NCBI GenBank assembly: GCA_010909165.1
Contig: VJWM01000118.1
Coordinates: 558,001 to 622,000 of the forward strand
DNA: 64,000 nucleotides
Origin: Anthoceros angustus
Lineage: Eukaryota > Plantae > Anthocerotophyta
Reading direction: 5' to 3'
The position numbers and the translations under genes are program-made. Below the pieces are notes generated by a model. It did no database searches and was not told where the DNA came from. It saw only the letters and a list, made by a program, of their open reading frames with translations. Below are positions 24,737 to 37,947 of this stretch, in pieces. Numbering within the stretch: the stretch's first letter is position 1; every line of letters starts with the position of its first letter.

Positions 24737-26070
24737 TTAGCCGCTCCTCCCTCTTTCATAGTCATACGGGGGATCATATATTTGGGAGGGATCGTCATCC
24801 CATACATCATCTAAGCCAATTACGTGATGACCTTCTTCCTCGTCGGAGGAGGAAAGCCCAGATCCCATCCAAGACTTGCGATAGCCCTGATTCACTCTCC
24901 TCTCCAACATAGATTGTGGCACAGGTGTCGCTTCCAGTAGCTCAACCCCTGATATGTGGTGGCCATAGAACTCGCCTTCATCCATTATAACAGCTGCTTT
25001 GCGCTTCAAGAATATCGCTGTTCCTCCAAGCAAGATAGCAAGTCCCCAACACAGCACTTCATAGCACCAAAATAACACATAAGAGCAGTCTGTCTGCAAG
25101 ATGAGAATAGAGGAGCCTAGGAACAAGGCCATGAGAGCGAAGGCAACAGCGAAGCAGATATTCAGCGTTGCCAGGCAGCGTACACCTCCTGCAAACGCAA
25201 TCGCACATGAGTTGTGAGCAGCTAGGGTATTGGAACCACCATACAGCTCGGACAGTCCAAATCAGGCCAAGCAGCGTGGAAAAGGCTAGTACGGAATATG
25301 CAAAGCCAGAAAAAAACTACTACCTCTCCTTGATGCACAGCAGTTGTTCTCCACAACCTTTAAACACCCGTGTCTCTCAGGAGCACTGTAAGCGACCGCA
25401 ATGCCTGAACACCACCCAAACAAGCCTCAGCTCTTGCAACAACCTCAAGCCACCATAATTCAACACCTACAAACTTTGACAGCACCTCAACTGGATGGGC
25501 AACCATATTTACAGCAACACAGATACATCCGAATAAGCACCGTGGCTTCCCATCCTCATATCCATTCTGGCAAAACCTAGGGTTTCTCAAAACGCCCCAA
25601 CTCCATCAACCACAACATACGCCCTCAGCAGGCACGCAAGCACTTCAAAAATCACAGACTTCAGAGCAGCTGGACACAACAGACCACTTGCCTGCGATCA
25701 AGTACACGGTAGCCACCGCAAACACGACTGCTGTTGGAAGGAAAACGACGAGCCAAAAATACTGCGCTGCCTCCTCTTCCGTGTAGGCATACGCACTCGT
25801 CATTGTCTCCTGGCTCCTAGGCCGCATCTCCGCCAAGGGGATCTGATCCAAGCGTTTTTTTTGACAAAACGGATACTCCTCTCCCGTCACCGCAAACACG
25901 ATATGAATCATCACTGCCGCCGCAATAACAATAGAAATCCAAATCACCGTCACGACCGTCATGAGCAGCGGCCGTGTGAGTTTCCCCCACACCTTTTCCT
26001 CATCCCTAAGATTTTCGTAATCATCCCTGGACATAAACGCCTGGAGCAAAGCCGTCTGCGCCAGATTCAT
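24737..26070 (-). CDS. Conserved-looking plant multi-pass membrane protein of unknown function (3 exons)
   Basis: Exon1 ...FWLVVFLPTAVVFAVATVYLIAG; exon2 IAVAYSAPERHGCLKVVENNCCASRRG; exon3 GVRCLATLNICFA...LFWCYEVLCWGLAILLGGTAIFLKRKAAVIMDEG; canonical splice sites. Confidence 0.8.
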
Positions 26071-26639
26071 CTTTCCCGATCCAATCTCCCACCACACGCA
26101 ACACAGATTCCACCCCGCGGCCCCTGCCTAGAGTCTGCAACAGCCTGCCCTCTGTCCCTGCCCTAAGTTCCACAACAATGTAGCACTACACTGCCAAAGA
26201 AGCAAGTGCTGAGAAAATCCTTCCCCGAGAACCCGAGCCTTCATCTCTTCTACCCCACCGATCAGCTTGCCATTCCTTGCTCACAACCAAATCCCAAACC
26301 GCTGTCTGTGCAAGCTCCGCAAATTCAGACTCTATGCCTGCAAATACATCCTTGCCGGCACAAGATTGACATCAACCACGCGTCAAAGACTGTGCGGCGC
26401 TAGACTGTTGCTTACGTAAGGGGGGGCTCATGCAGTAATAGCCGGAAAATAACATATGCCACCACAAAATGCTGCGACCTGCGTGCATACATATATAGAG
26501 GGGACTTTTCAACCTATCCAAAAACAAAAGCTTCATCTTGGATGGGGTGGGAGCTTTCCCAAGGCAAGTAGAAGCTGACCTGGTATCTATTTTACGTTTA
26601 TATGTACAATGGCTAGTGATGTTTCACTCATTACTTCCC

Positions 26640-27240
26640 TCACCTCTTTTGAAGCCCTCCGTAGTGAGCTACGTGCTTAGTTCATTACATAGAATCTGAT
26701 TGGAATGCGAGAGATAAGTTGGCTCACCTTATGGAGTACAAGCCAGGTGAGAAATACATTGAGGAATTCATGCAACTGGTATTAGCTATCTCTGGAATGA
26801 CTTAACAAGAACAAGTCGACCTGAGAAATACATTGAGGAATTCATGCAACTGGTATTAGCTATCTCTGGAATGACTTAATAAGAACAAGTCGACCTGAGA
26901 AATACCTTGAGGAATTCATGCAACTGGTATTAGCTATCTCTGGAATGACTTAACAAGAACAAGTCGACCTGAGAAATACATTGAGGAATTCATGCAACTG
27001 GTATTAGCTATCTCTGGAATGACTTAACAAGAACAAGTCGACCTGAGAAATACATTGAGGAATTCATGCAACTGGTATGAGCTATCTCTGGAATGACTTA
27101 ACAAGAACAAGTCGACCTGAGAAATACATTGAGGAATTCATGCAACTGGTATTAGCTATCTCTGGAATGACTTAACAAGAACAAGTCGACCGTTACATTC
27201 GAGGCCTGCAGAGGAGATTGATAAAAGAAGTAGAAGTGAG
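26640..27240 (+). mobile_element. Degenerate LTR-retrotransposon gag remnant
   Basis: Translates as DKLAHL...EKYIEEFMQLVLAISGMT*QEQVDRYIRGLQ, a gag-like pattern with a stop. Confidence 0.55.
26748..27191. repeat. 74-bp tandem repeat, 6 near-identical copies
   Basis: ctgagaaatacattgaggaattcatgcaactggtattagctatctctggaatgacttaacaagaacaagtcgac repeated. Confidence 0.95.
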
Positions 27241-28079
27241 GCTTAACAAAAATTTTCTTGAAATATGTGATTCCAGGGAAAATAATGGATACGAATCAGA
27301 GCCAGGTCATGTGGGCATGTGGAACATGCTTCAAAGGGATTCAAGTCAACTGAGACATTGTTGTGAATATATACTTTCTACCTTTGAATTTATTCACGTC
27401 TCAAGGTGAATCACTCGCATACAATGAAGAGGACTGGAACACATCAACATGCTCTCCAATCAGCTGACAGCAGATGTAAGGTGCTGCAGGGTGCTTGCCA
27501 GAGTGGCCACAAAACTATTCGTCCTATAAATATGGTCTGTGAAGTATCACAACATTTTTGCTCAACAAAGGCTCACTCATGTTGCATTAGAAGGTGCTCC
27601 TATGTAGCAATCTCATACGATTGTTGCTACAATAGTACTCTCCTTTTCTGGAATACTTCATTTAGATCGGCTCAAATTCAAAGTTGTCATGATCCATAAA
27701 ATGGAGGCTCCCTCAGTGTAAGCATATAGCAAAGACGTATCAAAAAAGACAATATAGGAAAGAGTGGGCAGCCCGCCATAAGGAAGCCTGCTCAAAAGAT
27801 CCTCACTCATGCTCGTATTGAAAGGTTCTCGTATTAAAAGGTCTCATACGGTTGCATCCTCCAAACTACCACACTTCATATATTAAGAGCATCGTTCAAA
27901 GAAAATTTGCTTCGTTGAGACTGAGTTGCCACAAGCGAAGAGTTTCGTCCAAAGAAGAATGTAGCTTTACCATTTCAAGAGCTCCTACAAGCCCGTCTTG
28001 AAACCTGGCGTAATTGACGAAAGGGCATGCTGCTGAAACTTAAGAGATTGAGTCGGTCATGCGAGGCAGAAGTGCCAGG

Positions 28080-28388
28080 GTCTCACGAAGCATAACATTT
28101 GGCCATGTGTGGCTCTCAACATTGTAGTAGACCTGAATATATACCACATATTCAAGTCTACTACAAACACATATTTATTTTATGCATATATTCAAGCCTA
28201 CTACAAACACATTCGCTCATGTTCATATTCTTTGGTCTCACGAAGCATAACATTTGGCCATGTGTGGCTCTCAACATTATAGTAGACTTGAATATATGCC
28301 ACATATTCAAGTCTACTACAAACACATATTTATTTTATGCATATATTCAAGCCTACTACAAACACATTCGCTCATGTTCATATTCTTT
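28080..28388. repeat. 155-bp tandem duplication
   Basis: gtctcacgaagcataacatttggccatgtgtggctctcaacatt at 28080 and 28235. Confidence 0.9.
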
Positions 28389-28716
28389 GCACCTCTTTCT
28401 CATTGTTCATTACTGGGTATGTGCATAAGTTGCAAATGCATGTATACACACCATATTTGTTAGGCATATTAGTAACAACAAGGTTTGTTTTATAATTATA
28501 TTATAGAACCAATCGCTAAAACCTTTCCAACCCCATACTTGTGGAAATGTTTGTTTAAAACTTATTATGTAGAACTAATTGCTAAAACCTATCATACCCC
28601 TTATCCACACAAAATTTTTGTTCTAAAATTATGTTATAGAACTCATCGCTGAGACCTTTCTACCCATATGCTCGCCTCGAATTCCAAGATGTCGATTAGT
28701 GCTGGCATTCCCTAGG

Positions 28717-31227
28717 TGATCATGAAACAGCCTATAGATCTTTGGAACATGATCAAAGAGAGTCGGCCTAAATGATCTAGTCAGTAGAATACAATAAAAT
28801 ATATTCTATGATGTATTATATCTAAAATAAATTTCAAAAAGCACTATTAGGGAAATGTTAAGTCAATGCTATTCATCTTCATTATTTGTTTATATATGTG
28901 AGGTTGTTCCCTAAGAATATAGATGTAAAGTGCTGAGACCACCAAGTTGGATGAGCACTTTTGAGTTACCAAGCTTACTTGCTATGAGTCCTACTATTCG
29001 AGCTCAATCATTCGTTTAAAGGTTTAAAGATCAGCGTTTGAATTCATGAGTCATATAATGTTTTACTTTTGTACATTTATAGTTTAAGTATTTTGATATT
29101 ATGAGTCGATATTTTATTTGAGAATTATAAATTCGCAATTTATATATGTGCTATGTGAATTTTTCCTTTGGCTTGTTGAGGTAATGGAGCTTACAAAATT
29201 AAGGTTGACTTGTATGACGGTAAAGTTGAGACGATGGCGGAAGGGAATGCAAATATGAGTAACATGCATGCCGTAGTTCCTAAATGGCTCATGCACTTGG
29301 TCAACATTCAAAATGATTTTTTCCCATTCGAAAATTCCAAGAGCATGAAGCAAAGGCCTTGCAATTATCACATACAAGATCTAGGGTGGTGAACATAGGA
29401 AGAGATACCTGAATTTCCAGAAATTCTATATCACTTGTAACAAAGGATCACTTTGTGCGATTGGGGTATAGCAAAGTCATGCAGATCATAACAAACTTTA
29501 TATATGAAAATGTACTTATAGAGCATCCATTGATATGAAGGAGAACAAAGACTAACTTAGAGCTGAAAATATTGATCTTTCATACATCATCACTTGTCGA
29601 TCCAATAAATTAAAAGTATATTTTTGGGGAGCAAATGAGGGAAAAACCAATTGGGAGGCACGATTTTTGCAAAACAGGTGAGAGAGCCTTGATGAAACAA
29701 CAGGGTTGACAAATGGCTTAGCTTTGCAGCATCAATTGCAAAGTGAGAGCTATAATTACTGGCCAATATGAAGGATTATATCTTATCAGAAATCCTAACA
29801 ATCTTAATGGGAGGGTGTTGGCGGATGATATAATTGCTAGAACATCATCAATAGAACAAGGATCAGCTACGCGCTTGCTTCTACACGACGAAGAAGTGCC
29901 ATTGGTAAACAACGAATCATCCTCCGAAAGGCCACAAGAACAAGATGTACCTGCACCTTCTAGTGTAAATAACACTGATCATGAAACAGCCTATAGATCT
30001 TTGGAACATGATCAAAGAGAGTCGGCCTAAATGATCTAGTCAGGAGAATACAATAAAATATATTCTATGATGTATTATATCTAAAATAAATTTCAAAAAG
30101 CACTATTAGGGAAATGTTAAGTCAATGCTATTCATCTTCATTATTTGTTTATATATGTGAGGTTGTTCCCTAAGAATATAGATGTAAAGTGCTGAGACCA
30201 CCAAGTTGGATGAGCACTTTTGAGTTACCAAGCTTACTTGCTATGAGTCCTACTATTCGAGCTCAATCATTCGTTTAAAGGTTTAAAGATCAGCGTTTGA
30301 ATTCATGAGTCATATAATGTTTTACTTTTGTACATTTATAGTTTAAGTATTTTGATATTATGAGTCGATATTTTATTTGAGAATTATAAATTCGCAATTT
30401 ATATATGTGCTATGTGAATTTTTCCTTTGGCTTGTTGAGGTAATGGAGCTTACAAAATTAAGGTTGACTTGTATGACGGTAAAGTTGAGACGATGGCGGA
30501 AGGGAATGCAAATATGAGTAACATGCATGCCGTAGTTCCTAAATGGCTCATGCACTTGGTCAACATTCAAAATGATTTTTTCCCATTCGAAAATTCCAAG
30601 AGCATGAAGCAAAGGCCTTGCAATTATCACATACAAGATCTAGGGTGGTGAACATAGGAAGAGATACCGAATTTCCAGAAATTCTATATCACTTGTAACA
30701 AAGGATCACTTTGTGCGATTGGGGTATAGCAAAGTCATGCAGATCATAACAAACTTTATATATGAAAATGTACTTATAGAGCATCCATTGATATGAAGGA
30801 GAACAAAGACTAACTTAGAGCTGAAAATATTGATCTTTCATACATCATCACTTGTCGATCCAATAAATTAAAAGTATATTTTTGGGTACTGAGCAACAGT
30901 AGGAAAAACCAATTGGGAGGCACGATTTTTGCAAAACAGGTGAGAGAGCCTTGATGAAACAACAGGGTTGACAAATGGCTTAGCTTTGCAGCATCAATTG
31001 CAAAGTGAGAGCTATAATTACTGGCCAATATGAAGGATTATATCTTATCAGAAATCCTAACAATCTTAATGGGAGGGTGTTGGCGGATGATATAATTGCT
31101 AGAACATCATCAATAGAACAAGGATCAGCTACGCTTGCTTCTACGAAGTGCCATTGGTAAACAACGAATCATCCTCCGAAAGGCCACAAGAACAAGATGT
31201 ACCTGCACCTTCTAGTGTAAATAACAC
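28717..31227. repeat. ~1.26-kb near-identical tandem duplication of AT-rich, probably TE-derived DNA
   Basis: Identical ORFs at 29114/30373 and 29210/30469 (period 1259); junction ...aataacac|tgatcatgaaacagcc at ~29975. Confidence 0.92.
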
Positions 31228-31424
31228 GACGGCATCGGCGAATGCTACATTTTTTAGCAAACAAATAATATCCCATCGCTGTTCAAAAAAAAGGCAAGTA
31301 TTAGTTTCATTTTTTTCCTTTCTTTCTTTCTATTGCTTAACTTATGTCATGTGATGAGTTCATGGTGACATATAATTCAAACTTGTGATGTTAGCTTTAA
31401 CTGTTTTTTAGAAAGTATAGCAGG

Positions 31425-31736
31425 ATGCAAGCGGGCCACTTCGTTATTCCGCTTGCACTCGAAACGTATGGGGCAATGGCTATGGACTTCGATCAATTTC
31501 TCAAGTCCTTTGCCAAATCCTATCACGCTTGCAGGCATGGCGCGGGGTTGTCCCTTACTTATTTCACAGCTTACTTCAGACAGCGAGTCTCCAGGGCCCT
31601 TCAAAGGGCCATCTCGACAGCAATCTTTCACAAGGCGGCGACGACAAGTGACGCTTCTTCCTCTTCCTCCATCATTTGCAGGCCATTTGTTCTTCCTGCA
31701 TATGATGTTCTAGGAGCAGTAGGTAACTTTAGGTGA
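31425..31736 (+). mobile_element. 3' fragment of an RLE-type (CRE-like) non-LTR retrotransposon ORF
   Basis: FVIPLALETYGA...FRQRVSRALQRA resembles the C-terminus of restriction-like-endonuclease retroelement proteins. Confidence 0.55.
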
Positions 31737-32859
31737 GGGCTTAGTCGCTCTTTTTCTCCTTGACCCCCGAGGTCCGCCTTCATTGTCCTGTGCTGGTTGC
31801 TTTACGCGTTGTTCTCTTGGGGAGAGTGTGTGTGTGCCATGACATGTGAGCTACTTTGTCTTATTGTTATTGGTTTGCACCTATATTTGCATATTAGATT
31901 TGTTTTGCTTGGTTGTTTGTTGAGGAAATGCTCGTATGAATGCAAGTGCTTACCTCGTGCGACATGGTTCCTATACATGTGTACCCGGTGAAGAGATGCC
32001 TCGAACATCCTATACAACAGTATTGTATTGAGAACACATGGGCAATCTACACAAGAGTAGGCGAAGAGCCTACCTTCCTAGCCCCTTATCTTGATTTGGG
32101 CCACTGTCCTAGCGTTGGAGCTAGGGCCTTCTTTTGCGTAGCTGTAATGTGGCTTGGTTTCCTCCGGAGGCACTAGCACCCGCCGGTTCCTCCCCCCTGG
32201 TCCGCCACCGGACTAGGGTCTTAGGATTACGCCTAAGACATAATCTGGCCCTAGGAGGCCTTATTGTCTAACCTACCTCCTGTGTGCACAACAACCCATC
32301 GCAAAAAGACATCTGACCATTGGCAGTGCCCTTCGATAAGAAATGTGTTGAGCAGCCACAACTGTTGTCATGAGTGTGTTCTGCATCTCCATACTCCATA
32401 CTTAGAAAGTTCTCTGTACGTGTGTACATACCATACGTAGGTCAATTTGTGACACTGCGATAATCCAACATACCCCATAATTCATGTATGAACATGTGCC
32501 TTTCCTATAGCCTATTTTACAAGCCCTGAGCAAAGTCTGGTACGTTACATGTACACGTGTGTGGGTGGATACTAACCTTGTGAATGTATGTATTAAGATA
32601 GGAGCAACCTTACCAGTTCTCAAGAACCTCATTAACAATGGTCAATTATATGAGTAAGTTAGTGTTACCTTAGAAATTACTGCAAATATTTTTCTTTTCA
32701 GAAACATAATAGTGGTACTTGAATAAATATAAATAGATAAATATATATTTATGTCCAACAACCTCAATTTAGGTATGAAAATTGCATGCACTAGGTCTAG
32801 GTGCGTATATCTATGCCCCCACACACAGGAGAAAGCCTCCAGTTGAGAACAACATTGGG

Positions 32860-33737
32860 TTACTTTGTAGTGGTAGCGGGGAGGGCAATAGGAGAGAACT
32901 CCAAATACTTCTTAACGGAGGGCCTACTGCTGACATCCCCCCACCAGGCCAGCAAGTGCTTCCAGTTCTTCATGTTCTCCGCAATCTCAGGAGACAAAAG
33001 GAGGAGCCAATGGAACGCTATGACGTGTCCCAGATCTGCGATGGTAACGGTGTCACCGGCCAGGTACTTGCGCTTGGAGAGCTGGGCATCGTAGACGTCC
33101 AATGTTTCCTCCAACTTCTTGATGCTTTCCTGAGCCTTAGCCTCGTCTCCTGGCAAGCCCTTCAGCCTGCTGGCAAATCTCTCGTGCGCCAATTCTTGAA
33201 CATGCTTGCTGAAGTTATGAGCCTCCACATCGATCCACTGGTTTACCAAGCTTCTTGTCTTGAGATCCGTAGGGTAGACGTCAGTTCCCTGACCTGCAAA
33301 CCTATCTGCAATGTACCTCGCAATAGCACGAGACTCTGCACCCATGACAGCAGTAGAAGCAGGCAGGATACAGGCGCACGGTCAGGCACTTGTCAACGGG
33401 AGCTGAAAACAAACGCCTGCAACGCAAGCGAAGAAAGGGGCCCGGATCTCACCGAACAAGACATAATCTCCATCTTCTATGACGGGGATCTTTCCGAAAG
33501 GCTGAAACCGGAGCAGATGAAACCGCATTAGACCTTCCATGAGACTCAAATTCACAGAAAGCGGCAAAGCCTCGAAACAAATGTATTTACCTGCAAAGCC
33601 AGATGCGCCGGCTGCTTGTTGGCACCGCCGTACACGTCCACAGGCAGCAACTCGAATTCAGCATCTTTCTCCCACAGAATAAGCAGAACCAAGCCCGTGA
33701 AGGGAGAGCCCGCACTGCCATGCACTTTGATCGTCAT
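32860..33737 (-). CDS. Phi-class glutathione S-transferase (3 exons)
   Basis: MTIKVHGSAGSPFTG...NKQPAHLALQ / PFGKIPVIEDGDYVLF / ESRAIARYIADRF...YLAGDTVTIADLGH. Confidence 0.92.
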
Positions 33738-33815
33738 GTTTTCTTGGTCTTGGACTGAGCTCAGCGCCGAGAGCAACACAGTAGCAGATGAAAAACTAAG
33801 CCAAGCAGAAGCTCC

Positions 33816-33821
33816 TTTATA
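33816..33821 (-). promoter_or_regulatory. Probable TATA box of the GST at 32860-33737
   Basis: TATAAA ~80 nt upstream of ATG. Confidence 0.5.
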
Positions 33822-33910
33822 TCAGCAGCTCACCAGCCGACAAGAAGCGGGCCGTACTACCAGGAAGCAGCACCCGAAGCAACTTAGACCTCGGGAGAAG
33901 TTACGATGCA

Positions 33911-34193
33911 CTGGGATACGTACCTGGTAGGTAATGAAGTGCGGTACAAGAATACCAAGCTCAAGTCGGGCATTGGACAGGAAAGGAGGCGAGTCTTCGA
34001 GAAGAGTCTGGGTGGTGGGTCATGCATTGCTCTCAGGTCCGTGCTTCAATTTGCTGGATACCTACCGGTAATGAAGTGCGGTGGAAGAATACCAAGCTCA
34101 AGTCGGGCATTGCACAGGAAAGGAGGCGAGTCTTCGAGAAGAGTCTGGGTGGTGGGTCATGCATTGCTCTGAAGTCCGTGCTTCAATTTGCTG
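33911..34193. repeat. ~137-bp tandem duplication upstream of the GST
   Basis: ggtaatgaagtgcggt...aagaataccaagctcaagtcgggcattg...tccgtgcttcaatttgctg twice. Confidence 0.88.
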
Positions 34194-35358
34194 TGCTGTA
34201 AACACCTGCGGCCTTAATCAGTTTGTGGCACCGGGTGTAAACAATGAAGGGGGGAACGCGCTCGGCGCACCTTGCGTCGAACCTTCAGATTCAAGTGAAG
34301 ACTGGCAACTCACCGAAAAGCTAGTAGTGTCCACATCTCCAGAATAGCAAGCTTGTGCGGATCACGAGAGTGCCCCTGGTACCTGCGGCAACACTCTAGC
34401 CACAAGGTGAACATGATCGTCCTCACATCAAGATGGTAAAAGTGACCCAGGAAAGGATCACAACACTGCTCCTATCCAGTGCCTGTAGGCTTTATCCGAT
34501 ACCAGCCTGTGTCGAGTGAGAGCTCGAAGTCTTCTCCCGCAAAAAGGGCTAGGAGAAGCAGACCCAAGAAAGCAACTGGAGAATATGAAGATCCTTGTCG
34601 GGAGCGAAGATTCGTCAGACAGCAGCAGACACTTGTCGCTTCATCTGCCCTGCCCCCGTGCTGCTGCGATCTCGACGTCGGGATCCGCCGCTGTCATTGC
34701 AATTCCTGTGTTTGCATGATGTTCTCAAACAGATCATGAGCCGGTTTCTGCGATGCCTCCAGTGCCTCCAGTGCCTCCAGTTCCGCAGTGCTTGGAAGAA
34801 GCTCCGAGTGTCAGATGGCCCAATGGCCGCTTTCCAATGCAGGTGCAGCGGCTCCAGAGAGGTCTTCTGTCACGCAGTGGGAAGTGGAGTTCGTGGAACG
34901 CCAGATCTGGGATGCACGTGGGTCCCACTGTCGCAAGCACGGCTCTGAAGAACGGTGTGATCAATCCATACCCGCAGCCTGCATCTGCAAGCACAGGTTC
35001 AGCAAGCTGCGGCTGACAGCCTCCTGACAAGAGAAACATGCTATCTGAACCTCTTGAGGACGACCTAGGTTGACAGCCTCGCTTCTCTGATTGGGAAGTC
35101 CATAAGCCACGCACCTGCTTACTGCTCACTCGATCCCCTCGTGTCTGCACCAATTTCAGTGGAAGGTCACTGGCACTGGCGCTATCCATACTGAATAGCA
35201 GGTCTGCAAGGTTTTCTTCAAGCTGTTAGTAAACGAAGAGAATCCATACAGATAAGAGAGCACAGTTCGGGCTCAATCACTTACATAGACTCGAGCCAAT
35301 TCAAAGCATGCTCCACCGCCTCCAGATCGACAAAGTCCGACCCGTTGTCCACAAGCTC

Positions 35359-37947
35359 TCAATGCTGATCCCCACATGAACAACTGCCATCCAGGAAACG
35401 GTGCACTCGGTGTGCATCTCGCACTATGATCTCTCGCTTTTCAAGACGTGACATGATCTTGGTGCTACTGTGACAGTCATCACACATGCGGAGATTTTTG
35501 GTGACTAGCAAAGTTGCACCATCTGGAGTATTCAAAAGACCGTAGGCCAATGCCAGTTTCTCTGCATGCCCGCACAATGCATCTTCCTTCTCCTGCTCAG
35601 ACACTGGCTTCAGCACCAGCTTCGTTTGTGGTACATGGCCTCCTTCCTCCTTCAACCTCTTATTCACGCTCCTGAGAGTGGATGAAATATCGGACCTGTC
35701 GTCTCCAACTTTAAACTCATGCACTTTGTTCTCCACTTCGATACACGCCTTGGCAGCCTTCTTACAAGCTCCTGCCGTCTTTCTCATGCCTTCTATTTCA
35801 TCCACATCACTCCACATGCCTGCATCTGCGTAGATGTTGCCCAACAAAACGTAAGCAGACGCATTTTCAGGCTCTAATTGTAGAAGGCGGTGAAAACATC
35901 GCCTTCCACGCTCTGCATCGCCATAGGGTTTACACGCACTCAGCAGAGATCGCCACCCGACGACATCATTCCCAAATGGCATGGTCTGCAGAAAATGTTC
36001 TGCCTCGTCCAGATGCCCTGACCGCGCAAGAAGATCAACCATGCAGCTACAATGGTAATCAGTAGGTACAATGCCATACTCCTCCTGCATCATCTTGAAA
36101 TATTGCCGGCCCTCGTGCACCAGGCCTGCATGGCTGCATGCGACAAGAATACAACTAAACGCAGTATCATCTGGCTTAACGCCGTGCTGACACATTTCCT
36201 TGAAACACTCCATTGCCCTTTGACCATCACTCTGTTCAGCATAGCCATTGAGCAAAGCACTCCAAGTCACCACATCTCTTGTAGGCAGTGTGTCAAACAC
36301 CTTGCGGGCATCATCCAAGCACCCACATTTTGCATACATATCCACCAGAGAGTTGCCAACCAACAGGTCATCTCCCAGGCCCATTGTGCGAATCTGTAAA
36401 TGAAGCTGCTTGCCCTGATGCAGTGCACCCGTGCTGGCACAGGCTTGAAGGAGGCAGACGAATGTAACATTATTGGCTGGAGTGATTCCCTTCTGCTGCA
36501 TAGCTGCATAAAGATCGAGGGCTGCCTGACCCATCCCCTGCTGAGCATATCCTGCAATCATGGCAGTCCATGTCACCACATCCTTCCTAGGCATCCGCTC
36601 AAAAACTGTCCGAGCATCCTCAACACTCCCGCATTTGGCATACATGTCCACCAGACAGTTGCCAACCAGCAAGTCCGCTTGCAGTCCCTTTCGTTCTATC
36701 TGTGCATGAAGCTCCTTACCCTGATGCAGAGCGCCAACAGCAGCACACGCTTGCACAAGGCACACAAAGGTCACACTATCAGCTACATTGACAGCCTCAT
36801 TTTGCATACACAGATACAGAGCAAGGGCTTCATGTCCAAATCCCTGATGAGAATACCCTGCGATCATGGCTGTCCAAGTCACCACATTTCTAGAAGGCAG
36901 TCTGTCAAACACCCTGCGAGCATCTTCCAAACTGCCACACTTCCCATACATGTCCACCAAACCGGTACCGATAAACTCATCACCTTCCAGTCCCCTTTCT
37001 TGAACCTGTGCATGAAGGTCCTTCCCAATGTGCAAATCTCCCACAGCAGCACAAGCTTGAAGGAGGCAACCAAACGTAACACGACTCCCCGGAGTGCCAC
37101 CTTCCTGTCGCATCCTCGAGTAAAAGGAGAGAGCATCCCGCCCCAGCCCCTGCTGCGCATACCCTGCGATCATTGCATTCCACGACACCACATCCCTGGA
37201 CGGCAACTCCTCAAACACTCTCCTCGCAGCCTCCAAGCTCCCGCACTTGGCATACATGTTCACCAGGCTGTTCCCCACGAACACATCGCCATGGGCAGCA
37301 GCAGCAACAACATCCGCATGCACCTCCTTGCCAGCCACCAGGTCTCCTGCAGCGGCACACGCCTTCAGAACCGCCATGAAAATGTGGCTGTCTGCCTCCT
37401 CGCCGGACTCTCGCATCCGCCGATAAAGACTGATAGCCTCCCCCGGCTCTCCATGTCGGGCATGCACCAAGATGATGGCGGCCCATACATGAGCGTCCGG
37501 CGCAGCGCAGTTCCGAAACACCTGCACTGCCTCCTCCAATCTGCCGTGAGCAGCGTACATCCGGATGATATGGTTCCCTAGGAATGCGCTACCCTCGTAA
37601 CCGCTCCTCACAGCAAGCGCGTGAACGCGCCTGCCAAGCCCCAAATCCCTGTCTTGCATGCACCTCTTGAGCACAAGATAGAAAACAGAGGTAGGAGCAC
37701 ATTCTCCCCGCTCCACCAGAAAATGCAATGCTTCCACAGCGTCTCCCAGCTCCGCCTCCTCGCAGCGCCTGCTCAGCTCCTCCACGGAATACGTCACGGA
37801 AGACTGCGTTTGTGCCTTGCGTAGGATTCCATCAACTCGTCGCTCTTCCCTCGGTGACAGCGCCCAGATCGAGCTTCCCGATTGTTCCTTCGTCACCACA
37901 CTTCCCCAATCACAAGCTGCCAGAACCGGCAGCTCCATCCTCGCCAT
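35359..37947 (-). CDS. PLS-class PPR protein with E and DYW:KP-type deaminase domain (C-terminus DQH), intronless; start approximate
   Basis: Repeated GNSLVDMYAKCGSLEDARxVF/DVVTWTAMIAGY units; E domain; KKAAKACIEV, CGHAEKLALAYGL, KNLRMCDDCH, CSCGDQH. Confidence 0.93.
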   Translation of the reverse strand: MARMELPVLAACDWGSVVTKEQSGSSIWALSPREERRVDGILRKAQTQSSVTYSVEELSRRCEEAELGDAVEALHFLVERGECAPTSVFYLVLKRCMQDRDLGLGRRVHALAVRSGYEGSAFLGNHIIRMYAAHGRLEEAVQVFRNCAAPDAHVWAAIILVHARHGEPGEAISLYRRMRESGEEADSHIFMAVLKACAAAGDLVAGKEVHADVVAAAAHGDVFVGNSLVNMYAKCGSLEAARRVFEELPSRDVVSWNAMIAGYAQQGLGRDALSFYSRMRQEGGTPGSRVTFGCLLQACAAVGDLHIGKDLHAQVQERGLEGDEFIGTGLVDMYGKCGSLEDARRVFDRLPSRNVVTWTAMIAGYSHQGFGHEALALYLCMQNEAVNVADSVTFVCLVQACAAVGALHQGKELHAQIERKGLQADLLVGNCLVDMYAKCGSVEDARTVFERMPRKDVVTWTAMIAGYAQQGMGQAALDLYAAMQQKGITPANNVTFVCLLQACASTGALHQGKQLHLQIRTMGLGDDLLVGNSLVDMYAKCGCLDDARKVFDTLPTRDVVTWSALLNGYAEQSDGQRAMECFKEMCQHGVKPDDTAFSCILVACSHAGLVHEGRQYFKMMQEEYGIVPTDYHCSCMVDLLARSGHLDEAEHFLQTMPFGNDVVGWRSLLSACKPYGDAERGRRCFHRLLQLEPENASAYVLLGNIYADAGMWSDVDEIEGMRKTAGACKKAAKACIEVENKVHEFKVGDDRSDISSTLRSVNKRLKEEGGHVPQTKLVLKPVSEQEKEDALCGHAEKLALAYGLLNTPDGATLLVTKNLRMCDDCHSSTKIMSRLEKREIIVRDAHRVHRFLDGSCSCGDQH

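Noticed and set aside
26748-27191. CRISPR-like array
   Set aside because: Units are head-to-tail with no unique spacers, there are no cas genes, and the context is eukaryotic.
32170-32220. Possible Helitron 3' end (hairpin + CTAG)
   Set aside because: Weak stem, CTAG not followed by T, no matching 5' end identified.
36052-37581. Long + strand His/Leu-rich ORFs
   Set aside because: Antisense to the PPR repeats; no independent evidence.
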